Positions 10,727 through 20,738 of a DNA stretch of 64,000 nucleotides are shown here, piece after piece. The DNA is from an uncultured Verrucomicrobiae bacterium. GTDB taxonomy: Bacteria; Verrucomicrobiota; Verrucomicrobiia; Chthoniobacterales; UBA10450. The position numbers and the translations under genes are program-made. The stretch spans positions 139,838-203,837 of the forward strand of contig CAWDRX010000003.1 in NCBI GenBank assembly GCA_963804875.1. The letters are read 5' to 3'. The first letter of the stretch is position 1. The number at the start of each line of letters is the position of its first letter. A model generated the notes under the pieces. That model ran no database searches and was not told the DNA's origin. It saw only the letters and a program-made list of their open reading frames with translations.

Positions 10727-11431
10727 ATGAATTTCTGGATCGGCACTTCTGGATTTCAATACTCGGAATGGAAAGGAAATTTTTATCCTGACGATTTGCC
10801 GACCGCAAAGATGCTTTCGTTTTATGCCGAACGATTTCGCAGTACCGAAATCAATTACACTTTTCACCGCATTCCTGCGCAGAAGACAATCGAAAACTGG
10901 AAAGCACAAACGCCGGAGACATTCCGCTTCGCTTTAAAAGCGCCGCAGAAAATCACGCACTGGTCGAAGCTGCGCGATTGCTCCGATACGCTTGAATACT
11001 TCTGCAAGGTCGTCGCAGATCTCAGTGAACGATTGGGGCCAGTGCTGTTTCAATTGCCTCCGACCTTCAAAAAAGACGCAGACGTATTGAGCGCATTCCT
11101 GCGCGAGTTTCCTTCGATGCGCGCCGCGTTCGAATTCCGTCACGACTCTTGGTTCGATGATGAAATTTTCGATCTGCTGAAGTCGCGCAACATCGCGCTC
11201 TGCATCGCCGATACAGATACAATTGCGACGCCTGAGAAAATCACTGCCAATTACGGGTACCTTCGATTGCGCCGTGAAGATTACACTGAAGAAGATGTGA
11301 AACAGTGGTCCAAATTCGTGCGCGAACAGAGCACAAACTGGACTGACGCCTTCGTCTATTTCAAACACGAAGAGAGCGGCATCGGACCGAAGCTTGCCAG
11401 ACAGATGATCGACTTACTCGATTTACTCTAG
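10727..11431 (+). CDS. DUF72 (YecE-like) family protein.
   Basis: The hallmark N-terminus GTSGFQYSEWKGNFYP is present, and the 234-aa length fits the family. Confidence 0.85.
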   Translation: MNFWIGTSGFQYSEWKGNFYPDDLPTAKMLSFYAERFRSTEINYTFHRIPAQKTIENWKAQTPETFRFALKAPQKITHWSKLRDCSDTLEYFCKVVADLSERLGPVLFQLPPTFKKDADVLSAFLREFPSMRAAFEFRHDSWFDDEIFDLLKSRNIALCIADTDTIATPEKITANYGYLRLRREDYTEEDVKQWSKFVREQSTNWTDAFVYFKHEESGIGPKLARQMIDLLDLL

Positions 11432-11436
11432 AACGT

Positions 11437-11580
11437 CTAACGGCCGATCAAGATAAAGATTCCAGCAAGCAGCGCTAGCACACCAGTGATGATGCCGATA
11501 CCGAGGCCCGTGAGCGTTAGGATTCCCACAGCGATCAGGTAAATCGCGAGCAGAAGCATACCGATGTTTTTGGTAATCAT
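11437..11580 (-). CDS. Possible 47-aa small hydrophobic membrane peptide (MITKNIGMLLLAIYLIAVGILTLTGLGIGIITGVLALLAGIFILIGR).
   Basis: Hand-translated ORF below the 60-aa cut-off of the ORF track. It predicts two TM helices. There is no clear SD sequence. Confidence 0.25.
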   Translation of the reverse strand: MITKNIGMLLLAIYLIAVGILTLTGLGIGIITGVLALLAGIFILIGR

Positions 11581-11705
11581 GGCGTGAGTATGAACAATTG
11601 TGCCAGCGATTGACAAATCCTTAAAAGACCGTGCCTCAGCCCAGGTTGCGATGCAGCGCAGTTTGGAACGCCAATATCGCCGTCTCTGGCTGAATTGTGG
11701 GATCT

Positions 11706-12002
11706 CTATCTGCCGCTGACACGAACTACTACGGCAGAAACATCTTTCACATCAACGAATGCATCGAAAAATTCCGCGCCAGTAAGACTGGAAAGATGAA
11801 CGATATTGTCCGTTACCTGCGCGATCTTGCCGCCCATTTTCTCTCCAGATCTCAAGTGCAGCTCGACACTTTTGCCCGCGCTGCCCGCAAGAAGGCTGAC
11901 GACTGTCGCGTTGGATTGTAGAGCGGTTTTTTCTTGAGCGAACACGCTGAAAGATGCGCCCGCTGCAACAATGGTTACGAGAACAATTAAAATACGTTTC
12001 AT
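11706..12002 (-). CDS. Secreted hypothetical protein. Start set at MKRILIV.
   Basis: The signal peptide MKRILIVLVTIVAAGASFSVFAQ sits internal to the ORF 11706..12056. Confidence 0.45.
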   Translation of the reverse strand: MKRILIVLVTIVAAGASFSVFAQEKTALQSNATVVSLLAGSAGKSVELHLRSGEKMGGKIAQVTDNIVHLSSLTGAEFFDAFVDVKDVSAVVVRVSGR

Positions 12003-12131
12003 AATCGGTCGTTTTGCCCGACCAATTTGCGTTTGGCTAGCAAATAATGGTGGCACGGATTGGACCCGGCTATGCGGCGTGTGCTGCTCGATTTTGAATT
12101 GGCAGGCGAAGCAGCTGCCCTACAATTCCGT

Positions 12132-12863
12132 ATGAGTTCGATCGCCGAAAATCTTGACCACGTCCGCGAGCAAATCGCAAACGCGGCGTCGAAATCGGGA
12201 CGACCCGCTGACGAGATCGAGCTTGTAGCGATCACGAAGACGCATCCGGCTGAGAAAGTGCGCGAGGCGATTGAAGCCGGACAAACTCTCTTCGGTGAAA
12301 GCCGCGTGCAGGAAGCACGTGCCAAGATTCCTGATCTGCCGTCGAATATCCGCTGGCATTTCGTCGGGCATCTCCAAAAGAACAAAGTGCGCCAGGCCCT
12401 CCCGCTCTTCGAAATGATTCACAGCGTTGATTCGCTTGTGCTGGCGCAAGACATAAACCGGATTGCGGAAGACGAAGGATCATATCCGCGGGTTTTGCTC
12501 GAAGTGAATGTGGCCGGTGAGGGGAGTAAATTCGGATTTGCGCCCGACCAACTGCGTGAGCAAATCGGTGCACTGTTAGTGTTGCCCCGGCTTTCAATAG
12601 AAGGGCTTATGTGTATTCCACCGCTCGCTGTGGAATCGGAAGACTCGCGTAAATTTTTTGTGGAAGTCCGAGAGCTGCGCGATTCGCTCGAAAAGGAATT
12701 CAGCTTAAAGCTGCCACAGCTTTCCATGGGGATGACGCAAGATTTTTCAATTGGAATCGAAGAGAGCGCGACACTGGTTCGCGTGGGCACGGCGATCTTT
12801 GGCGAGCGTTCAAAGAAGAGAGCCACAGATGGACACGGATTTTCACGGATTTGTGAAGACTAA
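12132..12863 (+). CDS. YggS-family pyridoxal-phosphate homeostasis protein (PLPBP).
   Basis: The N-terminal IAENLDHVREQIANAA...ELVAITKTHP motif is typical of YggS. Start set at MSS, inside the longer ORF 12060..12863. Confidence 0.85.
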   Translation: MSSIAENLDHVREQIANAASKSGRPADEIELVAITKTHPAEKVREAIEAGQTLFGESRVQEARAKIPDLPSNIRWHFVGHLQKNKVRQALPLFEMIHSVDSLVLAQDINRIAEDEGSYPRVLLEVNVAGEGSKFGFAPDQLREQIGALLVLPRLSIEGLMCIPPLAVESEDSRKFFVEVRELRDSLEKEFSLKLPQLSMGMTQDFSIGIEESATLVRVGTAIFGERSKKRATDGHGFSRICED

Positions 12864-12914
12864 TCAGTCATCGTTCTTTCCGTGTTTTATCCATGTGAAT
12901 CCGTGGCCAAATAA

Positions 12915-13235
12915 ATGATCTGCCAGATGCGACTTGAGCCAAACAACATCCAACAGATCGGAAACGAACTGGCCATTGCCTGGAATGACGGCACTGAATC
13001 TTTTCTGAAACTCGAACTGCTGCGCTGCGCGTGCCCGTGCGCGGCCTGCGGCGGTGAGCCGGACGTGCTTGGCCACGTTGTGCGTCCGGATGTGAGCTAC
13101 GGTGGCAAGAGCTTCGACCTTGTCGGATTTCAGCTTGTAGGCGGTTATGCGCTGCAGCCGAACTGGGCTGACGGACACAGCACCGGGATTTATAGCTTTA
13201 CTTATCTACGCCGTTTGGCGCAGCATTCCGGCTGA
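12915..13235 (+). CDS. DUF971 family protein (gamma-butyrobetaine hydroxylase-like N-terminal domain).
   Basis: LAIAWNDG...LRCACPCAAC matches the DUF971 signature. Confidence 0.6.
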   Translation: MICQMRLEPNNIQQIGNELAIAWNDGTESFLKLELLRCACPCAACGGEPDVLGHVVRPDVSYGGKSFDLVGFQLVGGYALQPNWADGHSTGIYSFTYLRRLAQHSG

Positions 13236-13486
13236 GACTCTAGCCGCAAACCATAATTCGTCTGTGAGCCGGATCCTAAAACTTGCAATCGTTGTCGTCT
13301 GCTTCTCGTTATGTGGAGCGGGCACATTCATCGTGCCTGCGCCTCGAGACGAACAATCGCAGCCGAAGAGCCAGTTAGTGCCGGTCAAAAATCGGCAACT
13401 GATCCAGCGGGCCTGGCTTCGGGTGTAAGACTGTAGCGGCATGTCTATGGCCGCCGCTGGTTTCGTTCGGCGCTCACAAAGCGCCA

Positions 13487-14497
13487 TTACAGTTTCGGGA
13501 TTGTCACCCGTAAGACAGTTGTTTCGCGAGCGAGTGGTTTTAGTTGCCGGTCTTTTATATCCGCGGGAACGAAAAAGAATTCTCCCGGCCCAAGCCTGGC
13601 ATCAGCACAACTGAGATTCCCGGTGAGACAACAAACAATTGCGAATTGTCCGGGGGACGCTGCCTCGCGAGCTGCATCAAGAGTCCACTTTCGAATTTCG
13701 AAGAGCCTATGGCTAATCAGCAATTCGTTTTTCGATTCGATCAATTTCGGCTGCACGTCTTCAAAATCGATGCACTGAATCGCCTGCTCGATGTGCAAAT
13801 CCCGTTTCGTGCCGGTTTTCGGGTCGGTCCGATTCCAATCGAAGGTCCGATAAGTCGTGTCACTATTTTGTTGGATTTCGATGATCAGATTCCCTGGGCC
13901 GATCGCATGCAGCCTGCCGGCGGGAAGGAAAACTGCGTCGCCAGCGCGAACGCCAATTCGATGAACGTGATCGATCACAGTTCCATCGCGTAACCTCTCC
14001 TCAAACTTGTCGCGTCTTATCGACTCACGGAATCCAAGGAAAAGTTCGGCGTCTGGATCCGCTGCGGCCACGTACCAAAACTCGCTCTTCGGCTCGCCTC
14101 CCAACCTGCTGGCAAGAGTTCCAGGTGGATGCACCTGTAGCGACAGCTTTTCCTGCGCATCGAGGATTTTGATGAGCAAGGGAAAACGTGGAGCGTCGGG
14201 AACCTCTCCAAAGATTTCCTGGCGGTTTTGCGTCCACAATTCATGCAAAGTTCTTCCGCGCAACGGTCCGCCGGCGACAACACTCTGTGCTTCGGAACGA
14301 TCGACAATTTCCCACGATTCCCCGATACGTTTTTGCGGCGGAAGATTTTTGTGAAATTGGGATTCGAGGCGTCGCCCGCCCCACATTCGCTCAACGAAAA
14401 TCGGTACGAAGATGAGGGGCGTATCGATTTCTGATTTCTGGTTTCGAATTTCGGATTTCACCTTGGCAGATATTAGATTGCGGATTTGCCAATGCAA
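13487..14497 (-). CDS. manA: Mannose-6-phosphate isomerase, type I (cupin).
   Basis: Motifs FVERMWGG, LSLQVHP and AGRLHAIG are present. Confidence 0.8.
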   Translation of the reverse strand: MHWQIRNLISAKVKSEIRNQKSEIDTPLIFVPIFVERMWGGRRLESQFHKNLPPQKRIGESWEIVDRSEAQSVVAGGPLRGRTLHELWTQNRQEIFGEVPDAPRFPLLIKILDAQEKLSLQVHPPGTLASRLGGEPKSEFWYVAAADPDAELFLGFRESIRRDKFEERLRDGTVIDHVHRIGVRAGDAVFLPAGRLHAIGPGNLIIEIQQNSDTTYRTFDWNRTDPKTGTKRDLHIEQAIQCIDFEDVQPKLIESKNELLISHRLFEIRKWTLDAAREAASPGQFAIVCCLTGNLSCADARLGPGEFFFVPADIKDRQLKPLARETTVLRVTIPKL

Positions 14498-14514
14498 AAG
14501 ACAGTGAGCACTCG

Positions 14515-15000
14515 ATGCGACTGTTCCTTAAATACTGGTTGCCGTTGCTGATTTGGCTTGGCGTAATCTTCGTCGGCTCGACCAGCGTCATGTCGGCCGA
14601 ACACACGTCGCGGTACGTCGTTCCCTTCTTGCTTTGGTTGAAGCCGGGTATGTCGCCGAACGCGATTTGGACAATTTTGGTCGTTGCTCGCAAATGCGCA
14701 CACGTCACCGAATATGCGGTCCTAGCGCTTCTATTATGGCGGGCGCTTCGCAGCGTTGCGACTCTCGGTCGAAAAAGGCTATCCCTTTTCGGCGCAGTTC
14801 TCCTGGGTTGCGCGCTATTTGCTGCCAGCGACGAATTTCATCAGACGTTCGTTAAATCGCGTACGCCTTCAATTCGCGACGTGTTCTTGGATGTTGGAGG
14901 AGCGCTCCTCGGATTGCTGATTGGTGCGACCTTTGCACGTCGCCATCCAAAGAAATTCCAATCCGCCGCCGTTAGGCAATTCGTTGATGCGAAATTGTGA
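14515..15000 (+). CDS. VanZ-family membrane protein.
   Basis: It predicts four TM segments and carries the DEFHQ...SR motif near the C-terminus. Confidence 0.7.
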   Translation: MRLFLKYWLPLLIWLGVIFVGSTSVMSAEHTSRYVVPFLLWLKPGMSPNAIWTILVVARKCAHVTEYAVLALLLWRALRSVATLGRKRLSLFGAVLLGCALFAASDEFHQTFVKSRTPSIRDVFLDVGGALLGLLIGATFARRHPKKFQSAAVRQFVDAKL

Positions 15001-15007
15001 CGCTCGC

Positions 15008-16666
15008 ATGACAAGCGAAGTGTATAAGTGCTTTCACGAACAACAGCGAAATCGGTCGGAGCTCCTGAGACTTCGCTCAGTAATAGCTGCCATTGCAACG
15101 TGTGTTGCCGTGTATTCGGGAACCGCGCCAATACTCCAAGCCGCTTCCGAAGAAGATCTGCCCGGCAGCAATTCAGGCGGAGTTCGACGAGCCCCTACTC
15201 TCACAGCAGAGCCAGAGCGCGTAATCGTCAGCGATGGGAGTGGCAGCTCCCAGATCAAATGGGACACCGGAAACGGCTCGGTAGGTTTTGTCTTCGTCAC
15301 CGAAGAACTCGGAAAACCGGTCCCTTTTGCGAGCGGTTCGCGAGGCAACCAAGTGGCTCCATGGATTAAAGAGCATAGCTATCTCTTCGAACTTTACGGT
15401 GACAATCAGCGGCAAACGTTGCTCGCTAAAGTAACTGTTTCTGGATCTGCCGGGAGCGCGTCTGCTCAACGCACGGTGTTATGGCAATCTATCGCCCACT
15501 GGGCCCTAATTGTTGGATTAGCAACGGTTTTGTACTTTGGGGTTTACCTCAGTTCGACCGGACCGGTGCGAACAACCTTTCCAACCGAGCCTACAACATC
15601 GCCTCGGCCGCTCCATGTTGGACGAAACCTTTTGCTTGGCATCGCCGTCTTCCTTTGCGTCGATGGTATCATTTTTCATAGCGGCATGTACGTCTCAATA
15701 CTGGCTCCCAGCTCGTATGCGGGACGTGTCTGGAGAATTACGCATGCCGAAAAGGAGCGCACTCCCTCAGGTCTGAGAGAGGTGCTGGTTCTCGGTGATT
15801 CACGCATAGCCGAGGGGTTTTCTGCCACTCTGGCAAATGAACTCGGTTCACCGGCCGGGCTCAAGTTCGTTAGTCTGGCGGAACCTGCCGCGTCTGCTAA
15901 CACGTGGTACTATATGGTTCGAGAAGTGGATCCCACTGCGCGACGTTACTCGGCGATCATCGTTCCTTATGGCATCGGCTACGAACCCAATAGCGCCGAT
16001 CCATTGCGAATTTCCATGACAGCTCCACTACTGCGATATGGAGATTGCTTCCATTTTGCTTCTGGTTTTCAACGATGGTCCGGCCGGTTCAGGGCATTTG
16101 TCGCATGCATACTGCGGGGCTCGGCGTACCAGGACGATGTTGTCGATCTTCTTTCGCATCCTGTGATGCGAATAAGAAGTATTCAACAGGCTGACAAGAC
16201 ACATTCCGGATCGGAGTACAAAGGACGGGATTACGATCTGGTTGGGACGGCTTACGACGCAGCGACAGGACAGGTAACGTTCGCGCCAAAGTTAACCGAG
16301 CCCCAAAGGTTGGCTTTCCGGAAAAGCTTGATACAACCATCCCAGTCGGACACGGATTACTCGCTTAAATTGCAGCGCGAATGGATACCGCGAATCATGG
16401 ATCGCTACTCGCATAGTCCCACCACGATCGTGCTGACGCCTCTTCCTCGCGGCCCATTTTTAGAGGTCGGTGGATTTTCCAAGGGATATGAATCTGTTCT
16501 TCCCAACTCCGTCATCCAGAGAACGAGTTTTTCGCTGCCGGGGCAGACATTCGAGTTTCTCGAAAAACCGGAATACTACTTTGACGCATTTCACCTGAAT
16601 GCGAAGGGCCGTCAAAAATTCACCGAAACACTTGTATCGGAGTTACTGAGACGACCTAAGTCATAA
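15008..16666 (+). CDS. Membrane-anchored SGNH/GDSL-like protein (AlgX/AlgJ/DltD-like). Probable partner of the downstream MBOAT enzyme.
   Basis: LVLGDSRIAEGF (SGNH block I, GDS) and FDAFHLN (block V, DxxH) are present. Start set at the ATG 8 nt after the VanZ stop. N-terminal TM helices are predicted. Confidence 0.6.
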   Translation: MTSEVYKCFHEQQRNRSELLRLRSVIAAIATCVAVYSGTAPILQAASEEDLPGSNSGGVRRAPTLTAEPERVIVSDGSGSSQIKWDTGNGSVGFVFVTEELGKPVPFASGSRGNQVAPWIKEHSYLFELYGDNQRQTLLAKVTVSGSAGSASAQRTVLWQSIAHWALIVGLATVLYFGVYLSSTGPVRTTFPTEPTTSPRPLHVGRNLLLGIAVFLCVDGIIFHSGMYVSILAPSSYAGRVWRITHAEKERTPSGLREVLVLGDSRIAEGFSATLANELGSPAGLKFVSLAEPAASANTWYYMVREVDPTARRYSAIIVPYGIGYEPNSADPLRISMTAPLLRYGDCFHFASGFQRWSGRFRAFVACILRGSAYQDDVVDLLSHPVMRIRSIQQADKTHSGSEYKGRDYDLVGTAYDAATGQVTFAPKLTEPQRLAFRKSLIQPSQSDTDYSLKLQREWIPRIMDRYSHSPTTIVLTPLPRGPFLEVGGFSKGYESVLPNSVIQRTSFSLPGQTFEFLEKPEYYFDAFHLNAKGRQKFTETLVSELLRRPKS

Positions 16667-16681
16667 CCTAACGAGTGCTGC

Positions 16682-18091
16682 ATGTTATTTAACAGCTTCC
16701 AATACTGGATCTTCTTTTTCGTCGTGGCGGCGCTGTTCTACAGCATGCCTTTTCGCTTCGGAAAAATCCTGCTGCTACTGGCAAGCTACGTCTTCTACAT
16801 GTGGTGGGACCCGCGATTCATCGTTCTCATCCTCACGTCTACGATCGTGGATTACTACTTGGGGATCTTCCTGGAGACTGCAATCGGTCGCCGTAAGAAG
16901 CTTCTGCTTGTCGTCAGCCTTGTGGTTAATCTGGGGATACTTGGATTCTTCAAGTATTACGATTTCTTCGCCGGCTCCCTGGCCGCATTGCTTCGCATTC
17001 CACCGTCATCCGTGGTGTTGCAGATTGTGCTTCCCGTCGGCGTTAGCTTCTACACCTTCGCCAGTCTCTCATACACCTTCGATGTCTATTGGGGAAAAAT
17101 GAAAGCCGTCAGAAACCCAATCGATTACGCGCTCTTCATTGCATTTTTTCCTCATCTGGTTGCCGGTCCGATCATTCGTGCCCGGCAATTCATTCGTCAG
17201 ATCTGGTCGTGGCGATGCCCGACGGCAATTGTGGTCCAAAGTGGAATCATCCTCGTCGTAGCAGGTCTGATTAAAAAAATGGTGTTCGCCGATCGCTTCG
17301 CCGTGGTGTCCGATTCGTACTTCAACAATCCCACGGCGCACCCGGGTTGGCTGGCTGCGTGGTCGGGCTGTCTTTCTATTACCATGCAGGTGTTTTTCGA
17401 TTTTTCTGGGTACACGGACATCGCTCGCGGTTGCGCCAAGCTGCTCGGGTTTGAGTTTCCGCTTAATTTCGCGCGCCCATTCCTTGCCAGGAACCCGCCT
17501 GACTTCTGGCAAAGGTGGCATATAACGTTGTCCACGTGGGTGCGTGACTACGTGTTCATGCCGCTTAGCCGGGGAAGAAAAGGGCGGCTCGTGTTATATC
17601 GCAACATGTTTGTTATAATGGTGCTCGTGGGTCTGTGGCACGGAGCGAACTGGACGTTTGTATTGTGGGGGGCCTATCATGGTCTTCTGCTAATCGGCTA
17701 CCGTGTTTTCCACCGGGCGACAGTAGGAACAGCGATCGACAAAGTTATGAAGAAGCGCTGGTTCGTGCCGTTTAGCGTTGGAGCAATGTTTACAGCCTTC
17801 GTGTTGAGCGCGCCTTTCTTTCGTGGGAAAACTCTTCAGAGCAGCGGATATGTATTAGGTGCGCTTTTTGGCTCCACCCATATAACCGGGGAGTTCCTGC
17901 TCACGACCGGCACGATCGTGCTCATTTTCATTTCTCTATTCCTGGCTGTCGCGCAGGAACGAAGTCAGTTTATTGATCGCCTCGCTTTGCAACCGGCGCG
18001 TATCCAAATCCCGGCATACGTTTGCGCTTTTCTGGCGCTCGAACTGTTTCCCGCGACCGGTCCGGTGCCGTTCGTTTACTTCCAGTTTTGA
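16682..18091 (+). CDS. MBOAT-family membrane-bound O-acyltransferase (AlgI/DltB-like).
   Basis: 469-aa polytopic protein with the conserved MBOAT His (WHGANW). Confidence 0.85.
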   Translation: MLFNSFQYWIFFFVVAALFYSMPFRFGKILLLLASYVFYMWWDPRFIVLILTSTIVDYYLGIFLETAIGRRKKLLLVVSLVVNLGILGFFKYYDFFAGSLAALLRIPPSSVVLQIVLPVGVSFYTFASLSYTFDVYWGKMKAVRNPIDYALFIAFFPHLVAGPIIRARQFIRQIWSWRCPTAIVVQSGIILVVAGLIKKMVFADRFAVVSDSYFNNPTAHPGWLAAWSGCLSITMQVFFDFSGYTDIARGCAKLLGFEFPLNFARPFLARNPPDFWQRWHITLSTWVRDYVFMPLSRGRKGRLVLYRNMFVIMVLVGLWHGANWTFVLWGAYHGLLLIGYRVFHRATVGTAIDKVMKKRWFVPFSVGAMFTAFVLSAPFFRGKTLQSSGYVLGALFGSTHITGEFLLTTGTIVLIFISLFLAVAQERSQFIDRLALQPARIQIPAYVCAFLALELFPATGPVPFVYFQF

Positions 18092-18145
18092 GGAACGGCC
18101 GTGATTACGGCAAAGCAATGGTGAATGCAGCGTCGCTCGTGTCTG

Positions 18146-20136
18146 TCACCGACGGAGTTTCGTGGAAGTGTATTCGCACCTTCGCTGTCGTCGTGGCAGG
18201 GCCAGGCACGGTCCAGAATACCATCCGGTGTCCGGTGCTTGAGTCGCGATTGTTATCCACGTGGCACCGTTGTCGGTGCTGTAATCAATGTCGACAGTGT
18301 TGCCGCCGGGGTTTTGTCGGGTCCAGTGGATGTTTCGGTGCTGACCGATCGTCCAGATTTCTCCGCCGTTCGGCCTGAGAAGCGTGAGGAATGGTCTGCG
18401 CTGCACAGTGAAGTTGGCGTCGCTCTGGTCTGCGATGGACCGATTGCGTTGCAACAAAATCTTCACCCTGCCCTGAGTGGTAGGGAAATTATCGACATGC
18501 CACGAATAGCTTAACGATAACGCCGGGATGTCCTGCGCGATCCTAAACCAGGTAGCTCCACCGTTGCGGCTGTATTGGATTATCAGACGGTCGCTGTTCG
18601 TCAGGTTGGCGCCCTCCCACTGGATCTCCTGGACGCTCCCCATGGACCAGACTTCTCCGCCGTTAGGCTCGATGACGCGCAGCGGCGACGTTGTCGGCGT
18701 AGGTGTTGGTGTGGGCGCAGTGTTGGATATGGCCCACCACAATATCTCCCGCCGGTGTTCAAGAACTGAAGCTAGCCGCAGCAATTAGATCCAGCCCAAA
18801 CGATCATTTCACTGCCGGTCCAGACTGCAGTGTGTTGGTATCGGGCAAATGGCGCGTATGTGGTACTGGTGGCAGTCCACGTATTCGTGCCGGGATCGTA
18901 TCTCCCACCGGTGTCTCGATAGCCGGTGATGTCAACTCCACCCCAAACGATCATTTCATTGCCGGTCCAGACTGCACTGTGACCAGTTCGGGCAGAAGGC
19001 GCGTTAGTGGTGCTGGTGGCCGTCCAACTATTCGTACCTGGATTGTATCTCCCGCCACTGTCGAGGCCCAGGGGAGAGGGGTCCTGATTTCCGCCCCAGA
19101 CGATCATTTCATTGCCGGTCCACACTGCGGTGTGAAGGGCTCGCGGAGATGGCGCGTTGTGGTGGTAGTCGGTGTCCAACTATTAGTGCTGGGATTGTAT
19201 CTCCCGCCTGTGTTAGTGGCAGGGTATCCACCCCATACGATCATTTCGCTGCCGGTCCAGACTGCCGTTTGCTGGGCGCGGGCAGAGGGTGCGTTGGTGG
19301 TGCTGGTGGCTGTCCAACTGTCCGTGCTGGGATTGTATCTCCCGCCACTATTTAAATTCATCGTGTCGCCGGATCCGCCCCAGACGACTATTGCGCTGCC
19401 GGTCCAGATTGCGGTGTGAAGGTATCGGCCAGCGGGCGCGTTGGTGGTGCTTGTGGCTGTCCAACTATCCGTGATGGGATTGTATTTCCCGCCGGTATTC
19501 AAAAGGTTGGCGTTATTAGAGCCACCCCAAACGATCATTTCGACTGCCAGTCCAGATTGCGGTGTGCCACTCTCGGCCAGCGGGCGCATTGGTGGTGCTT
19601 GTGGCTGTCCAACTATCTGTGCTGGGATTGTATCTCCCGCCGGTGTTCAAATCCGGGTTGCCGCCCCACCCGCCCCAGACAATCATTTCACTGCCGGTCC
19701 AGATTGCCGTGTGATTGGTTCGGACAGAGGGGACATGAAACATGCTCGTAGCCCCCCACTGGTCACTGAACACGCGCTCGGCAATCTCCGGCAGAGTGTA
19801 CACAACTTGCTCCGATGTTGTTGCCACCGACATCGCACCGAGCACATCGGTCTGCTGGCGATTCAACGTGCTGAGTTTGATCTTGCGCCGAAAGATCCGC
19901 GAGCCAGCGCTCTGTTAATATTGGTCTGGCCAAACACTCAGCGATGACAGCCGGATCATTTCCGAGAGCATCAAACAATTCGCGGAGGACATCCGGCTGT
20001 TTTGTGTCCCGGGCCATTCGCTCCATCTCGGCCTGCAATTGCGGAGCAGTGATTGGCTTTTGCCGTAGTTTTCCAGAGCGAGTGAGTCGCGCAAATAGCC
20101 TGCGACTTTGTTTTCCAATTGCGCCTGAGACATCAC
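18146..20136 (-). pseudogene. Disrupted gene, or low-quality stretch. Kelch-repeat beta-propeller fused to two C-terminal Kre9/KNH-like Ser/Thr-rich Ig-like domains. It is spread over at least five reading-frame changes.
   Basis: Overlapping minus-strand ORFs 19915..20136, 19763..20038, 19516..19866, 19104..19589, 18772..19179 and 18146..18784 carry successive Kelch blades (RYNPSTDSWTATSTTNAP...HTAVWTGSEMIVWGG). They are followed by PNGGEVW...IQW...YSxxGGATW domains. Confidence 0.5.
18790..19700. repeat. Near-identical tandem repeats of about 150 bp, each encoding one Kelch blade.
   Basis: The motifs cccaaacgatcatttcattgccggtccagactgc and gtccaactattcgtgctgggattgtatctcccgcc recur at least six times with few substitutions. 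Confidence 0.6.
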
Positions 20137-20520
20137 CGAATCGAGCGACGGCTTGGGATTAGGATTCTCCTTTGGCCAAATACGGTGACGCCAGTAAACG
20201 TCTTCAATTGCTCCGCTGATATGCTACGCGCTCGACGAAGCTGAACGCTCGGGATTGGCTCTGTTTTCGGCGTTGTCGGCGATTGAAATGCTGGAACCAA
20301 GCGCGACAAAGACTACCGACAGAAACACAGCCGACGCGGCGCTGCGGATGATATGGTCATGGATTTTGCTTTTCGTTTTCATCTCTTGTTTTTCTTCCCG
20401 GAAAAATTCCTCAATAAATTTTGGAAGAAGTAAAGCCGAATTCGCCTGCGCAAGCTCCGCTTATCGTGCGAATTGCTAAGCGCTCGCGCTAAATCGTAAG
20501 ATCGAAATTCGAAAATAGAG

Positions 20521-20594
20521 TGGGCCTGACTGGGCTCGAACCAGTGACCCTGCGCTTATCAAGCGCATGCTCTAACCAACTGAGCTACAGGCCC
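20521..20594 (-). tRNA. tRNA-Ile (anticodon GAT).
   Basis: Minus-strand GGGCCTGTAGCTCAGTTGGTTAGAGCATGCGCTTGATAAGCGCAGGGTCACTGGTTCGAGCCCAGTCAGGCCCA folds as a cloverleaf. Anticodon loop is TTGATAA. CCA is not encoded. Confidence 0.9.
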
Positions 20595-20621
20595 GTTGCG
20601 GCGGCTTGACCGCCGGATTTT

Positions 20622-20710
20622 AGATTTGCGATTGCCGATTTGCGATTTGTGTTCGTGGCGCGCCTCGCGCGCGCATTTACTTAAATCGGCAATCGTAAAT
20701 CGCAAATCGA
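20622..20710. repeat. Large imperfect inverted repeat (arms gatttgcgattgccgatttgcgattt and aaatcggcaatcgtaaatcgcaaatcg) around a GC-rich palindrome ggcgcgcctcgcgcgcgc.
   Basis: Seen directly in the sequence. It lies between the GIY-YIG gene stop and tRNA-Ile. Confidence 0.4.
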
Positions 20711-20738
20711 AAATGAAATGGCGAGACAAGATCTCGAA

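Noticed and set aside
13264-13428. Possible 54-aa GTG-initiated lipoprotein-like ORF (VSRILKLAIVVVCFSLCGAG...).
   Set aside because: Only a GTG start, no SD, and it is overlapped by other spurious ORFs. Too weak to call, though it cannot be excluded.
13544-14434. Plus-strand ORFs overlapping the manA gene (13544..13993, 14007..14354, 14188..14415).
   Set aside because: Antisense to a well-supported type I PMI gene.
18703-19947. Plus-strand ORFs 18703..19419 and 19441..19947 (238 and 168 aa).
   Set aside because: They are antisense to the Kelch repeat array. Their repetitiveness merely mirrors the coding repeats on the minus strand.
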